This document shows positions 9,082-19,235 of a DNA stretch of 64,000 bases, one piece after another. The DNA lies in contig CAZZKO010000002.1 in assembly GCA_964654925.1 (NCBI GenBank), positions 9,589 through 73,588 of the forward strand, written 5' to 3'. Position 1 is the stretch's first letter; each line of letters begins with the position of its first letter. The position numbers were made by a program, and so were the translations under genes. This stretch comes from an uncultured Candidatus Bathyarchaeia archaeon (GTDB lineage Archaea > Thermoproteota > Bathyarchaeia > Bathyarchaeales > Bathycorpusculaceae). Under the pieces are notes generated by a model. It saw only the letters and a list, made by a program, of their open reading frames with translations. It searched no databases and was not told where the DNA came from.

Positions 9082-9843
9082 ATGTTCACAGTGTTCTTCA
9101 TCGGAATGGCAGGCTCCGGAAAATCATCCCTTACTGCAGCCTTCGGAGAATGGTTGCGGCTGTCGAAGCAAGATGTTGCGCTTGTGAATTTGGATCCAGG
9201 AGCCCTAACTCTCCCATACTCGCCTGATGTGGATGCTCGTGATTACATAAGCATAGAAAGAATTATGGAGGAATATAACCTTGGACCCAACGGCGCACTA
9301 ATTATGGCGGCCGATTTATTGGCGGAGGAAATTGATGCAATTTCAAGGGAGATAGAGGACTTAAAGTCAGACATAGTTTTAGTTGACACTCCTGGTCAAA
9401 TGGAATTGTTTGCTTTTAGGGCGAGCGGCCCATTCATAGTAAGCGAACTCACAAAGGGCCCAAAAGCAATAGTGTACCTTTTTGACGCTGTTTTTTCCTT
9501 AAATCCATTAAATTACGTTTCAAATCTTTTCTTAGCATCTGCTGTTTATACCCGCTTTTTTGTTCCTCAGCTTCATATCCTTTCGAAATGTGATATGCTC
9601 TCAGAAGAGGATGTAAATAGGATTGTTGATTGGTCTGCAAGCCCAAAGTCCATGGAAAGAGCCATCGAGGAAAAACTTGAGGGAACAAAGAGGCTTCTTA
9701 GCCGAAATATGATGAGAGCTATAATCCAGCTTGGCCTAAAATTTCCATTGATCCCAATATCATCAAAAACCAATGAAGGGATGATAAACTTCAATATGGC
9801 GTTAGAACGTATCCTAGCGGGAGGGGATAGATATACCTGCTAG
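9082..9843 (+). CDS. GPN-loop GTPase
   Basis: P-loop GMAGSGKSS, the GPN motif LGPNGAL, and DTPGQMELF. Confidence 0.85.
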   Translation: MFTVFFIGMAGSGKSSLTAAFGEWLRLSKQDVALVNLDPGALTLPYSPDVDARDYISIERIMEEYNLGPNGALIMAADLLAEEIDAISREIEDLKSDIVLVDTPGQMELFAFRASGPFIVSELTKGPKAIVYLFDAVFSLNPLNYVSNLFLASAVYTRFFVPQLHILSKCDMLSEEDVNRIVDWSASPKSMERAIEEKLEGTKRLLSRNMMRAIIQLGLKFPLIPISSKTNEGMINFNMALERILAGGDRYTC

Positions 9844-9860
9844 TGATGGTTTTCATGTCA

Positions 9861-10496
9861 TTAATCTTCTAGAAGGGTCCAAACAGCTGCCATTGCGCCA
9901 TACCTAGCTGTGTGTAAGTCGTCGGCGCCTGCGACGATTATGACATCGTTTTCATCTGGCTTGAATAGCTTAACAATTTGTTCTGCAAGTTTCGGAAAAT
10001 CCCTCGAAACGTCATCGCTTACGGATGGAATAATCAAGCGTCCGCCTTTAAATACTATTACAGCCGCACCTTTCGCTCCAACTTTTATTGCGGCATCACG
10101 CTGTTCTATTCCTGATTTGACTTTGTCGCCCCGTTTTCTAACCAGTATTGCAAAATTGCGATTTGTGTTTATCAGTTTGTCTTCTTCAATTTCCCCTTCT
10201 CCACCAAAAATCTCTTTGGATTCCTCCCAAATTTTTTCGCCTTTACTTGTGAGTTTGCAACCAGCCTTCGAGGTTATAATTAAGTTTTCATCCTTTAATC
10301 TTTTAATTATTGTGCGAATCGCGCCCGGGCCAACTTTTAATTCTGCGGCAAGTTTTCCACGTCCTATCGGGCCTTCGGCTATAAGCTTTAAGGAATACAA
10401 CAAATGCAGCGCAGAAAATGTGGGGGTCGGACCTGGAGCTCTCTCGCTAGCAAGTTTCTCCAAAAAATCTTTTACTTTAACAGGCATGAACTTCAC
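9861..10496 (-). CDS. winged-helix protein, DUF4443-like
   Basis: LKLIAEGPIGRGKLAAELKVGPGAIRTIIKRLKDENLI; family assignment made from memory. Confidence 0.55.
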   Translation of the reverse strand: MKFMPVKVKDFLEKLASERAPGPTPTFSALHLLYSLKLIAEGPIGRGKLAAELKVGPGAIRTIIKRLKDENLIITSKAGCKLTSKGEKIWEESKEIFGGEGEIEEDKLINTNRNFAILVRKRGDKVKSGIEQRDAAIKVGAKGAAVIVFKGGRLIIPSVSDDVSRDFPKLAEQIVKLFKPDENDVIIVAGADDLHTARYGAMAAVWTLLED

Positions 10497-10565
10497 GTAA
10501 CCATTTATCCAATTATTTGGTTATTAAAATTATCTGAGGAGATTGTTTTCACACCGTTTTCAACG

Positions 10566-11774
10566 TCAGCAAACCGATATTTTTCCTTCCACTAATTCCA
10601 TGCAGAATTTATCTATATTTTCGAGTTCGTATTCTATTACCGCAGCTATTTTGCTCTTAACCGTCTCAATTGCACAAGAATCTTCTGCAACAACCTGAGC
10701 GGCTGCAACTGTTGGCTGATCTATAGGCTGGCCTATCCTGCTGAGGAGCCATATGTAAACTTCCTTGAGTCCAGGGACTTCTTTATAGACATGTTGGGCA
10801 ATTTTGAAGGTTAGAATATTATATATCTTTCCAACATGACTTACCGGATTTTTGCCCGCAGCCGCCTCTGAGCTAAAGGGTCTGTTTAAAGAAATCAATC
10901 CATTAACGCGATTTCCCCTGCCGACCTGACCAGAATCTCCACTGTCTGCACTTGTGCCTAGAACTGTTAGGTACAGGCCGCCTAAACCCCTGCCTCTAGC
11001 ATCCAATGTGTTTAGCTGTACGTTTATATTGTCAAAGTCTGCATTTTTCTGCACGAACTTGTTGATTTCCTCAAGAATTTTCGCTTTTTTCTCGAAGTAA
11101 TCCTCTTCGCTGTATATAAATCGGTCTACGAAGGCCATGGAAATTGTAAGGTTCAAATTGTTATTGTTCCTATAACCCATAACCTTTATGTCCTCACCGG
11201 ACTCCGGGAATCTTTGCTTGAATTCCTTAGAATTCAGAAATCTTTCGGTTTCTAGAACTATCTTTTCCGTTTTGGTCATGGGTGCATACCCCACCGCCGC
11301 TGAGGTGTCGTTAGCCCCTAAAATTTTTCCTTTTCTTTTGAAGATATCAACAAGACCCATTGATCCTGGTTTCAGTTCCACTTGATACCTAACATGTTTT
11401 TCGGGATCCACGAATCTCATATTCTTTTTGAACCACTCCTTTGCAACGTTTATGGCTATTTCCTTAACATCTATTTTTATTCCATCAAACTCCGTAGTAG
11501 CCCTGTCGCCGAATATGAAGAGCATAGGCTGAATTATGGACCCCCCGCCAAATCTATTTTCGGATTGCCCCGCAACCAGCAGCGATTTATCCACGTTATG
11601 ATGTAATATCGTCCCTGCCTTTTCCATGTATTCTTTGCTTAAACGTTGAGAAATTTTTTCCATAATTGCGTCGCAGATATAATCTGGGTGTCCAAGACCC
11701 TTTCTTTCAACAATTTCAAGCTTCTGTTTTTCGATAGGCGTCTGCCTTAAACTTTCAACAATTATGTTTCGCAA
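10566..11774 (-). CDS. mat: archaeal-type S-adenosylmethionine synthetase
   Basis: RNIIVE...ERKGLGHPDYICD... with a length of ~400 aa. Confidence 0.95.
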   Translation of the reverse strand: MRNIIVESLRQTPIEKQKLEIVERKGLGHPDYICDAIMEKISQRLSKEYMEKAGTILHHNVDKSLLVAGQSENRFGGGSIIQPMLFIFGDRATTEFDGIKIDVKEIAINVAKEWFKKNMRFVDPEKHVRYQVELKPGSMGLVDIFKRKGKILGANDTSAAVGYAPMTKTEKIVLETERFLNSKEFKQRFPESGEDIKVMGYRNNNNLNLTISMAFVDRFIYSEEDYFEKKAKILEEINKFVQKNADFDNINVQLNTLDARGRGLGGLYLTVLGTSADSGDSGQVGRGNRVNGLISLNRPFSSEAAAGKNPVSHVGKIYNILTFKIAQHVYKEVPGLKEVYIWLLSRIGQPIDQPTVAAAQVVAEDSCAIETVKSKIAAVIEYELENIDKFCMELVEGKISVC

Positions 11775-11893
11775 GTTAAGCCTCCTACAAAGATTTCAAC
11801 GTATTGCAAAAGCAGATATATGTTTTGCCGTCCTTATGTAAGGGTAATGCCTTTCTATTTGATCATTTTAATAAAGTAATGGAGGTGCTTTAG

Positions 11894-13087
11894 ATATCTC
11901 TTAATGATTTTAACAAACTTACGGAAAAAGCTGTTAGCCTTTTAAGGCAGGAAAAGCCCAGAAAGGTTCTGGTTGTTCACCACGATGATGCTGATGGCCT
12001 ATGCTCAGCTGCAATATTGAAAGAGGCGTTGGAGATTGAAGGCTTTAAGGTTGCAACGCTGTGTCTTGAAAAGGTATACCCTGAGGTTATAGCCGATTTA
12101 CATTCCAAGGGGAACTTTGTAATATTATATGCCGATATAGGGTCTTCTCACGCTGACATGATATCAGACTTCAACCAAGGGCGCACTTTGACAATAATCC
12201 TTGATCACCATGATCCAAAAGTTGTGAGGGATCCAAGGGTTTTAGATCTGAACCTAGAGAATTTTGGCTTCAAGGGCGAAACAGATTTTTCTGGGGCTAC
12301 GTGCTGCTATCTTTTTGCAAGAGCATTAAACGAAAAAAATTCGGATCTAGACTATTTGGCATTGGTTGGAAGCTTTGAAATTCCTGAGGGGTATAAATCA
12401 ATAAACAATGCGATTTTGGAGGAAGCAATGAAGAGTAATAGAATATTTAGAAAAGGGAAAAGTTTCGAAATTGCAAAATTAGGCATAAGCGTGGACGCTC
12501 TGTTCTCTAAGCTTCAAATTCTGGGCGCAGTCGGTTATTACATAGGTGGTCCTGATCTTGGCATCGAAGTATGCTTAAAAGGGATAAGTCCCGAAGCAGA
12601 TGAGAAAATTTCGGAGCTTGAAAACAGGCGAAAAGAGGCTAATCGAAAGCTTTTGGGGAGACTTTATAGAGAAAGGCTTCAGGAGACAGAGTACATTCAA
12701 TGGTTTGATGCTGGAAACATCTATGCTGGCATGGGCACAAAAGTGATTGGCCAGTTCTGCTCATTTCTTTCATATCAAACGCGTCTTATAAAACCTTACA
12801 AGTACATCCTTGGACTTGTCAGTGTACCGAAGGATATTCCGAAGTGGGGTAAGTTAAGCGAATCATTCGTGAAGGCTTCCTTAAGGGTTCCGAAGCAGAT
12901 GCAACGTTTCATTGATGATGGAAATATGCTGGGGGCTGTAAACCTTCTAGATAGGGCTTCCGAGGGTTTCGGAGTGGCTGACGGCCATCAATATGCTGCA
13001 AGCGTTATAGTGCCAGCCGATAAGAAGGTGACTCTCATAAATAATGCTGAGAATGTTGCCAAGAGCTATACTAAAACCCGGACTTAA
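11894..13087 (+). CDS. DHH-family phosphoesterase (RecJ/NrnA-like)
   Basis: Motif I VLVVHHDDADGLCSAAIL (upstream of the ORF-track start at 12017) and motif III ILDHHDP. There is no canonical start codon for the full-length frame; see findings. Confidence 0.7.
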   Translation: MSLNDFNKLTEKAVSLLRQEKPRKVLVVHHDDADGLCSAAILKEALEIEGFKVATLCLEKVYPEVIADLHSKGNFVILYADIGSSHADMISDFNQGRTLTIILDHHDPKVVRDPRVLDLNLENFGFKGETDFSGATCCYLFARALNEKNSDLDYLALVGSFEIPEGYKSINNAILEEAMKSNRIFRKGKSFEIAKLGISVDALFSKLQILGAVGYYIGGPDLGIEVCLKGISPEADEKISELENRRKEANRKLLGRLYRERLQETEYIQWFDAGNIYAGMGTKVIGQFCSFLSYQTRLIKPYKYILGLVSVPKDIPKWGKLSESFVKASLRVPKQMQRFIDDGNMLGAVNLLDRASEGFGVADGHQYAASVIVPADKKVTLINNAENVAKSYTKTRT

Positions 13088-14450
13088 CAGGGTTACGCGT
13101 TTTCATTATCTCCCTTAGCAGAACCGTTGCATAAGACCCTCTGTGCAGCATGAAGCTTGTTTTTACCTTCCACTTTGTCATGTTAGCTTCATCCCTAGAT
13201 ATTTCGTCAAGTGAAAAATTGTTCAATGGAGTTATGATTGATCTAATGCCCCCTTTCAAGCTTATTTCAGGCATTTCCTTAATTTTAAAATTTTTATGCG
13301 ATACTCCCTCTTCTTCAAGTATTTGTCTTTTAATTTCCTCCTGAGGGCCCTGGGAAAATTTCTGCCTAAAACCTATGAGTGGCAAAGCTACACTCTTCCT
13401 TCCAGATGCTATCATGGCATTCAGATCGGATATTGTGCTCTGACTCGCAATGGTGTAAATCTTAGGGACTGGTAGACCCGAGGTTTCGATACTGACAACG
13501 TAATCGCCAACTTCCGCCCTATTTAGGGCGAGTCCCATAGAGATTCTTCTGCTTAAAAATCTGTTAAAAAGGTAAGCTTGATAAGCTTGGACGAAAAGTC
13601 TAAGAAGTCTCTTGGGCAGCCTTCTAAGCGCCCCTATAAAATCATCTTGTCTCTTAGTTAAATGTTTTAGCATAACTCGTTCGTAATGAAGCCTTTTAGG
13701 GAAATTGTCTAGTGCTTCTTGGAAATTTTGGTTTTTCCAAAGTCGTTTACGTGTCTCCTTTAAAGCTGGATTTTCATAAGGACTTGGTTTGGCTAGAAAG
13801 ATCATAACAGCCTTTCTGAAGTTTCTTTGGATTATAGCTTTCCCCACCAGATGCGTTATCGGTCTGATTGTGCCAAATCTCTGGTGGCCGAAAAAATTTG
13901 GAATGCCGCCAATTAATGTTATTTCCTCTATAATTCTTCTTAAACGTTCTTCTATCGTTGTTTTAGAATGGCTTATTCCTCTAACAGTCACCTCAAAGTG
14001 ATTCCCTAAGAGGTAATATTGTGAGAGTTTGCTACGGAAATATGCGACCGGGTAAACTTCAACATCTTTAATATGGATTTTTTGAAGGTCCTCTATTGAA
14101 ACGCCCTTAAAGGTTACGTGTTGTGCTGTGACAGCTTTTTTGTCCTTAATTCCTGCAATGTGCACATCGCCGGGATGTATCCCCAATTGTCTGGCTATAG
14201 CTTCAAGCGTCAAAAGAGTATCTCGATTCCGTTTTACGAGAACGCAAAGCAAATATTTTCGACCCGGAATTTGGGAAAAACCGCTTAAATTCAAGGGTTC
14301 TTTCTTTCTGAATTCTGCCTTTAGGCCATTAACAAGGATTTCCTCGACGATAAAATCTTCAAAATAATGTTTTATTGTTCCTCCAATTCCTTGGGATTTT
14401 GTTGCATAGACTTCCATGCCCATCATTTTTTCAATTTTGGGAACTTGCAA
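13071..14450 (-). CDS. truD: tRNA pseudouridine synthase TruD/Pus7
   Basis: GIGGTIKHYFEDFIVEE...AGIKDKKAVTAQ...NFFGHQRFG. Confidence 0.9.
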   Translation of the reverse strand: MQVPKIEKMMGMEVYATKSQGIGGTIKHYFEDFIVEEILVNGLKAEFRKKEPLNLSGFSQIPGRKYLLCVLVKRNRDTLLTLEAIARQLGIHPGDVHIAGIKDKKAVTAQHVTFKGVSIEDLQKIHIKDVEVYPVAYFRSKLSQYYLLGNHFEVTVRGISHSKTTIEERLRRIIEEITLIGGIPNFFGHQRFGTIRPITHLVGKAIIQRNFRKAVMIFLAKPSPYENPALKETRKRLWKNQNFQEALDNFPKRLHYERVMLKHLTKRQDDFIGALRRLPKRLLRLFVQAYQAYLFNRFLSRRISMGLALNRAEVGDYVVSIETSGLPVPKIYTIASQSTISDLNAMIASGRKSVALPLIGFRQKFSQGPQEEIKRQILEEEGVSHKNFKIKEMPEISLKGGIRSIITPLNNFSLDEISRDEANMTKWKVKTSFMLHRGSYATVLLREIMKTRNPVKSGF

Positions 14451-14463
14451 ATCTCACCCTCTT

Positions 14464-14826
14464 TTATAAGAGTGGAAGTGTGCCTGTCAGTCTATCTATT
14501 TTCTCTGCGGGTGCAGGGCCTATTCCCAGACATGTTATTGTGCCAGGCGGAATTTCTGTCAAACCCCTGTCGACGATAAGTGCGCATGGTAGGGACAACT
14601 CTTTTGCTCTTTCTTCAAGCTCTAAAAGTTCTTTTTCGCTCTTTACTTTAACCACTATTTTGCACTGTCCTTCATTCATCCATCCTTCCCACCACTCTTT
14701 GTTCTTTTTCCTCGCTTCCTCTGCTGCAGAGACGGCGGCGTGACCTGCCTGGGCAGCAATTTTGCCTTTACTTAACTTTAAATCTGAACGGAAGACAATA
14801 ACCTGTTTAAAGCGAAATTCAGCCAT
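14464..14826 (-). CDS. pth2: peptidyl-tRNA hydrolase, archaeal Pth2
   Basis: KQVIVFRSDLKLSKGKIAAQAGHAAV...VDRGLTEIPPGTITCLGIGPAP. Confidence 0.9.
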   Translation of the reverse strand: MAEFRFKQVIVFRSDLKLSKGKIAAQAGHAAVSAAEEARKKNKEWWEGWMNEGQCKIVVKVKSEKELLELEERAKELSLPCALIVDRGLTEIPPGTITCLGIGPAPAEKIDRLTGTLPLL

Positions 14827-14868
14827 GTGCCAACCGCCAAACTGTTTGAAAATGACTATTGTAAAACT

Positions 14869-16098
14869 TTAATTTTTGCTTGGCAAACAGGCTGCTGCAA
14901 TGAAATGTGCTACGGCGAGAAAAATCCTTGGATTTTTAATGGCCTTGAGAATAGCCCGCCCTTGAAAATCTATTTCTTCGATTTCTTTTATGCTATTTTC
15001 CAGATGAAATTTTGCGCAAAACTTTGCAAATTCATCTAATTTTTCATCAGATATTTTGTCAAGCATCTTTCTAATCATTAGCATTACTTGCATGTCAAAT
15101 TTAAACAGTTTTTCAATCCTCTTTTGATAGTCCATAAGCATCTTTGCGGAGAAATTGTCATTATCTAATGCTTTTTGAATAACATCTGCCGCTATCTTTG
15201 CGCAGCTAAGTCCAAGGATTATTCCACCTCCAGTTGTTGGTTTAACCTGGGAGGCCGCGTCACCTACAGCTAAAAATCCATTAGAGTATGCTTTTTGTAT
15301 GATTCCTCCGAGCGTTATAGGGTGAAAGGATTTTTTGAGGATTCTAGCCTTTTGCAACTTTTTGGATGCCACTGGATGCCTATACATGAGTTTCTTAAGA
15401 AACTCTTCCGGGTTTCCCCTCTTTACAGCTAGTCCGATTTTGGCTTTTTCGTCACGTTTCGGGATAAGCCAAGCGTAAAAACCTGGCGCATACGCTTTTC
15501 CAAGGAAGACTTCGACAAAGTCAAGTTCGGCATCGATGTTTTCGACTTCGGCATGAATTCCATTTACAAAAATGCGTTTTCCAAGATTTTTTATTCCAGC
15601 TTCGGTCAGCATTCTTGGCGGAAAACCTTCAGCATCCACAACAATTTTAGACGAAACCGTGAATGTTTTATTTTCTTGTTGGGCTTGAACCCCGCTCACA
15701 AAACCATTTTCTCTGATCAAAGATTTAACGCGGGTCCTTAGATGATATATGGCTCCGTGTTTTTGGGCTAGTTGTGCAATATGCTTGTCAAACAGTTCAC
15801 GGTTGACGGTGCATGTTATTGGCTCATTGAACTTTAAAGTTAATTCCGCACCATTTGGGAAGTAAATTTTTGCGCCTAAAAATATGTTTTCCACAATATT
15901 TTTTGGCAGTGGATAAAGTCCCAGCCGTGTCAGGTTTCCAATACTGATATGCCCAGCGCAATGGAGTGGAACTCCTATTTCTTGGTGTTCCTCGAAAACT
16001 GTTACTTTGATGCCCCTTTTTGCGAGGTTTAGGGCGGTGAAGGAGCCGGAGGGCCCCCCTCCAATAACTACTACCTCGGAAAATTCTTCCATGACCAC
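14869..16098 (-). CDS. geranylgeranyl reductase family FAD-dependent oxidoreductase
   Basis: VVVIGGGPSGSFTA dinucleotide fold, GDAASQVKPTTGGGI. Confidence 0.8.
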   Translation of the reverse strand: MVMEEFSEVVVIGGGPSGSFTALNLAKRGIKVTVFEEHQEIGVPLHCAGHISIGNLTRLGLYPLPKNIVENIFLGAKIYFPNGAELTLKFNEPITCTVNRELFDKHIAQLAQKHGAIYHLRTRVKSLIRENGFVSGVQAQQENKTFTVSSKIVVDAEGFPPRMLTEAGIKNLGKRIFVNGIHAEVENIDAELDFVEVFLGKAYAPGFYAWLIPKRDEKAKIGLAVKRGNPEEFLKKLMYRHPVASKKLQKARILKKSFHPITLGGIIQKAYSNGFLAVGDAASQVKPTTGGGIILGLSCAKIAADVIQKALDNDNFSAKMLMDYQKRIEKLFKFDMQVMLMIRKMLDKISDEKLDEFAKFCAKFHLENSIKEIEEIDFQGRAILKAIKNPRIFLAVAHFIAAACLPSKN

Positions 16099-16121
16099 CG
16101 CTAATATGATTGCTCTAAATT

Positions 16122-16349
16122 TTAAGCTATAAGTTCCACCCTCTTTTTGCCTCTTGTCAGCGAGGTTGTTCGTATCTTCCCCGCAATCTCCAGTCGCATA
16201 AGCATCTCATTAAAATCCTTGAAGCCCAAGTCGCTGAATTTCTCGCTTATATGCTCAAATAGCTCCGTGTCTGTTGCGGCGCCTTTCTTTTTAAGAATCT
16301 CAAGCAGCGTGTAGTAGGCTGGATAAGTTTTCCATATTTTCATGGGCAT
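16122..16349 (-). CDS. small hypothetical protein (possible winged helix)
   Basis: Open frame immediately downstream of cdc48. No family recognised. Confidence 0.35.
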   Translation of the reverse strand: MPMKIWKTYPAYYTLLEILKKKGAATDTELFEHISEKFSDLGFKDFNEMLMRLEIAGKIRTTSLTRGKKRVELIA

Positions 16350-16364
16350 AACCGCTTCCCCCCT

Positions 16365-18536
16365 CTACGTGACTGGCGTGGCTGGCTTCTGCACCTGTCT
16401 CAACTGCTGCATAAAGCTCCTATACCATTTCTCCATGTCAGGCGTTATGGATGGTCCTATTCTTTTTAGCGCCTCTTCGAAGTCCTGCATATTAACCTCT
16501 GTTGCATTTATATTCCTCCTTAATGCATGCATCGCGGCTTCTCTACAGACAGCCTCTATATCCGCTCCGGAGTAGTATTTAGTCATGGAAGCAAGTTGCT
16601 CTAAGTTTACGTCCTTTGCCAGTGGCATGTTTTTGGTATAAATTTTGAATATTTGAAGTCTCGCCTTTTCGTCGGGTTCTGGCACGTATATGAGCCTATC
16701 AAATCTTCCTGGACGGAGCACTGCCTGATCAACCATATCAGGCCTATTGGTTGCAGCAATGACTATAACATCCTCTAATGCTGTTATTCCATCCATTTCG
16801 GTCAACAGCTGGCTTATCACCCGCTCAGTTACGCCGCTATCAGCATAGCCTAAACCTCTGCGGGGTGCCAGAGAGTCTATTTCATCAAGGAATATTATTG
16901 CAGGAGCAGCCATTCTTGCCTTCCTAAAAACCTCCCTTATAGCCTTCTCGGATTCGCCGACCCATTTTGAAAACACTTCCGGACCCTTAATTGTTATGAA
17001 GTTAGCTTCGCTTTCTGTAGCTACTGCTCTCGCTAGCAGCGTTTTTCCACATCCAGGAGGACCATAAAGCAGAATTCCTTTGGGTGGTCTTATTCCAAGC
17101 CTTTTGAAGATTTCAGGATGCTTTAGAGGCCATTCAACGGCCTCTCTAAGTTCCTGTTTAACCTCTTCAAGGCCACCTATTTCATCCCAGTGGACAGTTG
17201 GGACCTCAACGTAAACTTCACGCATGGCAGTTGGTGTGATCTCCTTGTAGGCATTCAGGAAATCCTCCATTTTGACTTCCATTTTTTCAAGAACCTCTGG
17301 AGGAATTCTTTCCTCTTCAAGGTTTATCTGCGGGAGATAGCGTCTCAAAGCTTTCATGGCGGTTTCCCTGCAAAGGGCTGCCAAGTCGGCTCCGGTATAG
17401 CCATGAGTCATCTCGGCAAGCTTTTTGAGATCAACATCTTCTGCTAATGGCATACCTCGTGTGTGTATTTGAAGGATTTCATATCTCCCCTGCTTGTCAG
17501 GAACGCCTATCTCGATTTCCCTGTCAAATCTTCCAGGTCTGCGAAGTGCTGGGTCTAAGGCTCCAGGTCTGTTAGTGGCACCTATAACGATGACATTTCC
17601 CCTTCCGGATAGTCCGTCCATTAAGGCTAGAAGTTGGGCAACAACCCTCCTTTCAACTTCTCCTGTAACCTCCTCACGTTTCGGCGCTATCGCATCTAAT
17701 TCGTCAATGAATATTATGCTTGGTGCATTCTGCTGGGCCTGTTGGAAAATTTCTCTCAGCCTCGCTTCAGATTCCCCGTAGAACTTGCTCATAATTTCAG
17801 GACCATTTATGCTGAAGAAGTTGGCTTCTGCCTCGTTGGCTACTGCTCTCGCTAGCAGCGTTTTTCCACATCCAGGAGGACCATAAAGCAATACTCCTTT
17901 AGGAGGTTCGATGCCTAATCTTTGGAAAAGTTCTGGATGTCTGAGTGGTAGCTCCACCATTTCTCTAACCCTTTGTATTTCCTCATGAAGCCCTCCTATG
18001 TCCTCATATGTGGTTCTGGGCACACCCTTGCCTTCAGGCGCCGGCTCTGACAGTATAGTTAGCCTTGTTTCAGCCGTGACCTTTACAATACCATGGGGGC
18101 GTGTTTTTGTCACTATAAAGGGTATTGCATGCCCAAGCATCATAACAAGGGTTGTATCCCCTTCAACAAGGGGTCTTTCCATGAGGCGGTTCTTAACAAA
18201 ATTAGTAAAGTCCTCGTCAACGTTGAGTCTCATATCCACCGGAGCCAAAGTAACATTAAGGGCCTCTTTCACCTTCGTAGATCTTACAATGACATACTCA
18301 TTTATCGCCACACCAGCATTTTTACGCGTAAAACCATCTATTCTTATGATGTCGCGGTTTTGGTCTTCACTATAGGCTGGCCAGGCAATAGCGGCAGTGG
18401 TGCGCTTTCCAACTATTTCTATTACATCACCAGCGCTTATGCCCAGCTTCTGCATGGTCTTTTGATCGATGCGTGCTATGCCTCTACCTACATCCCTCTG
18501 TTTGGCATCTCCTACTCGAAGCTGAACTTCCGTCAT
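16365..18536 (-). CDS. cdc48: CDC48/VCP-like AAA+ ATPase
   Basis: N-domain plus two AAA modules, each with [15 protein letters not shown] and DE(L/I)D. Confidence 0.95.
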   Translation of the reverse strand: MTEVQLRVGDAKQRDVGRGIARIDQKTMQKLGISAGDVIEIVGKRTTAAIAWPAYSEDQNRDIIRIDGFTRKNAGVAINEYVIVRSTKVKEALNVTLAPVDMRLNVDEDFTNFVKNRLMERPLVEGDTTLVMMLGHAIPFIVTKTRPHGIVKVTAETRLTILSEPAPEGKGVPRTTYEDIGGLHEEIQRVREMVELPLRHPELFQRLGIEPPKGVLLYGPPGCGKTLLARAVANEAEANFFSINGPEIMSKFYGESEARLREIFQQAQQNAPSIIFIDELDAIAPKREEVTGEVERRVVAQLLALMDGLSGRGNVIVIGATNRPGALDPALRRPGRFDREIEIGVPDKQGRYEILQIHTRGMPLAEDVDLKKLAEMTHGYTGADLAALCRETAMKALRRYLPQINLEEERIPPEVLEKMEVKMEDFLNAYKEITPTAMREVYVEVPTVHWDEIGGLEEVKQELREAVEWPLKHPEIFKRLGIRPPKGILLYGPPGCGKTLLARAVATESEANFITIKGPEVFSKWVGESEKAIREVFRKARMAAPAIIFLDEIDSLAPRRGLGYADSGVTERVISQLLTEMDGITALEDVIVIAATNRPDMVDQAVLRPGRFDRLIYVPEPDEKARLQIFKIYTKNMPLAKDVNLEQLASMTKYYSGADIEAVCREAAMHALRRNINATEVNMQDFEEALKRIGPSITPDMEKWYRSFMQQLRQVQKPATPVT
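17030..17081. repeat. 52-nt perfect direct repeat, copy 1 (cdc48 D2 Walker A)
   Basis: gctactgctctcgctagcagcgtttttccacatccaggaggaccataaagca is identical to 17839..17890. Confidence 0.9.
17839..17890. repeat. 52-nt perfect direct repeat, copy 2 (cdc48 D1 Walker A)
   Basis: Identical to 17030..17081; the flanking bases differ on both sides. Confidence 0.9.
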
Positions 18537-18634
18537 TCAGAACCCTCTTTAAACTTAATTACAATCGTCGTGTGAAGCAGTTCTTGGGATTAATATAAAG
18601 GTTTATGCCTTTTAACCTTGTGTGCTTTGCCTTC

Positions 18635-18910
18635 CTATGTACTTGTTCTCCTAACCATTACTGGCTGAATTTGACTTATTTCGCTTATTTCGCTTAATTT
18701 ACTCTCCAATTCCTCAAGCATGCCCGTTTTATCCTCTGGAATTTTTATGGCGCATATTAACGCTTTTAATCCAAAGGCTATTGGTTCTTCTCCATATCCA
18801 TAAACCATTGCATGTTCTGGGAGCATGCTTTCTATTTTCCTTTTTAAATCATCGAAATTGACCGTAATATCGACGGGGAATATTTTATATGTCACTACAA
18901 CGCTTCCCAT
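18635..18910 (-). CDS. ef1b: elongation factor 1-beta
   Basis: VVVTYKIFPVD...EEPIAFGLKALICAIKIPED... Confidence 0.9.
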   Translation of the reverse strand: MGSVVVTYKIFPVDITVNFDDLKRKIESMLPEHAMVYGYGEEPIAFGLKALICAIKIPEDKTGMLEELESKLSEISEISQIQPVMVRRTST

Positions 18911-18929
18911 GTTTCATTTCCCCTAAATT

Positions 18930-19130
18930 TTATGGACCCATAAATCCGCATTTAGGACACTTATAGGGTCTTCCAAATTTTCTACATTTAACACATCTTC
19001 TTATTATGATCTCTCCGCAATCCGGGCATGGAAACTTCGTAGCCTCTGCTCTCGGCGGAATTGGCTTACCGCAGCTTGTGCATGTTGCTAAGGTTATAGT
19101 TAATGCTTTCTCGGACATCTTGTTTCCCAA
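18930..19130 (-). CDS. zinc-ribbon protein (COG2888 type, usual EF-1beta neighbour)
   Basis: CTSCGK...CPDCG...CVKCRK...CPKCG. The start may be ATG 19118. Confidence 0.7.
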   Translation of the reverse strand: MGNKMSEKALTITLATCTSCGKPIPPRAEATKFPCPDCGEIIIRRCVKCRKFGRPYKCPKCGFMGP

Positions 19131-19235
19131 AGATATACTGCTGTAATTGTCGAGGTTCCTTATATTTTATACGTTTTATTTTTACATTCCGCCTCATAAC
19201 TTATTCGCAAAATTATTATTGTTCTTGTTGTTTAT

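Noticed and set aside
9910-10500. Long antisense ORFs opposite real genes. Examples are 9910..10500, 25762..26382, 41883..42302, 47707..48249, 48773..49255, 17998..18575 and 20550..20942.
   Set aside because: They are Ser/Pro/Leu-rich, low-complexity shadow frames of well-supported genes on the other strand, with no motifs.
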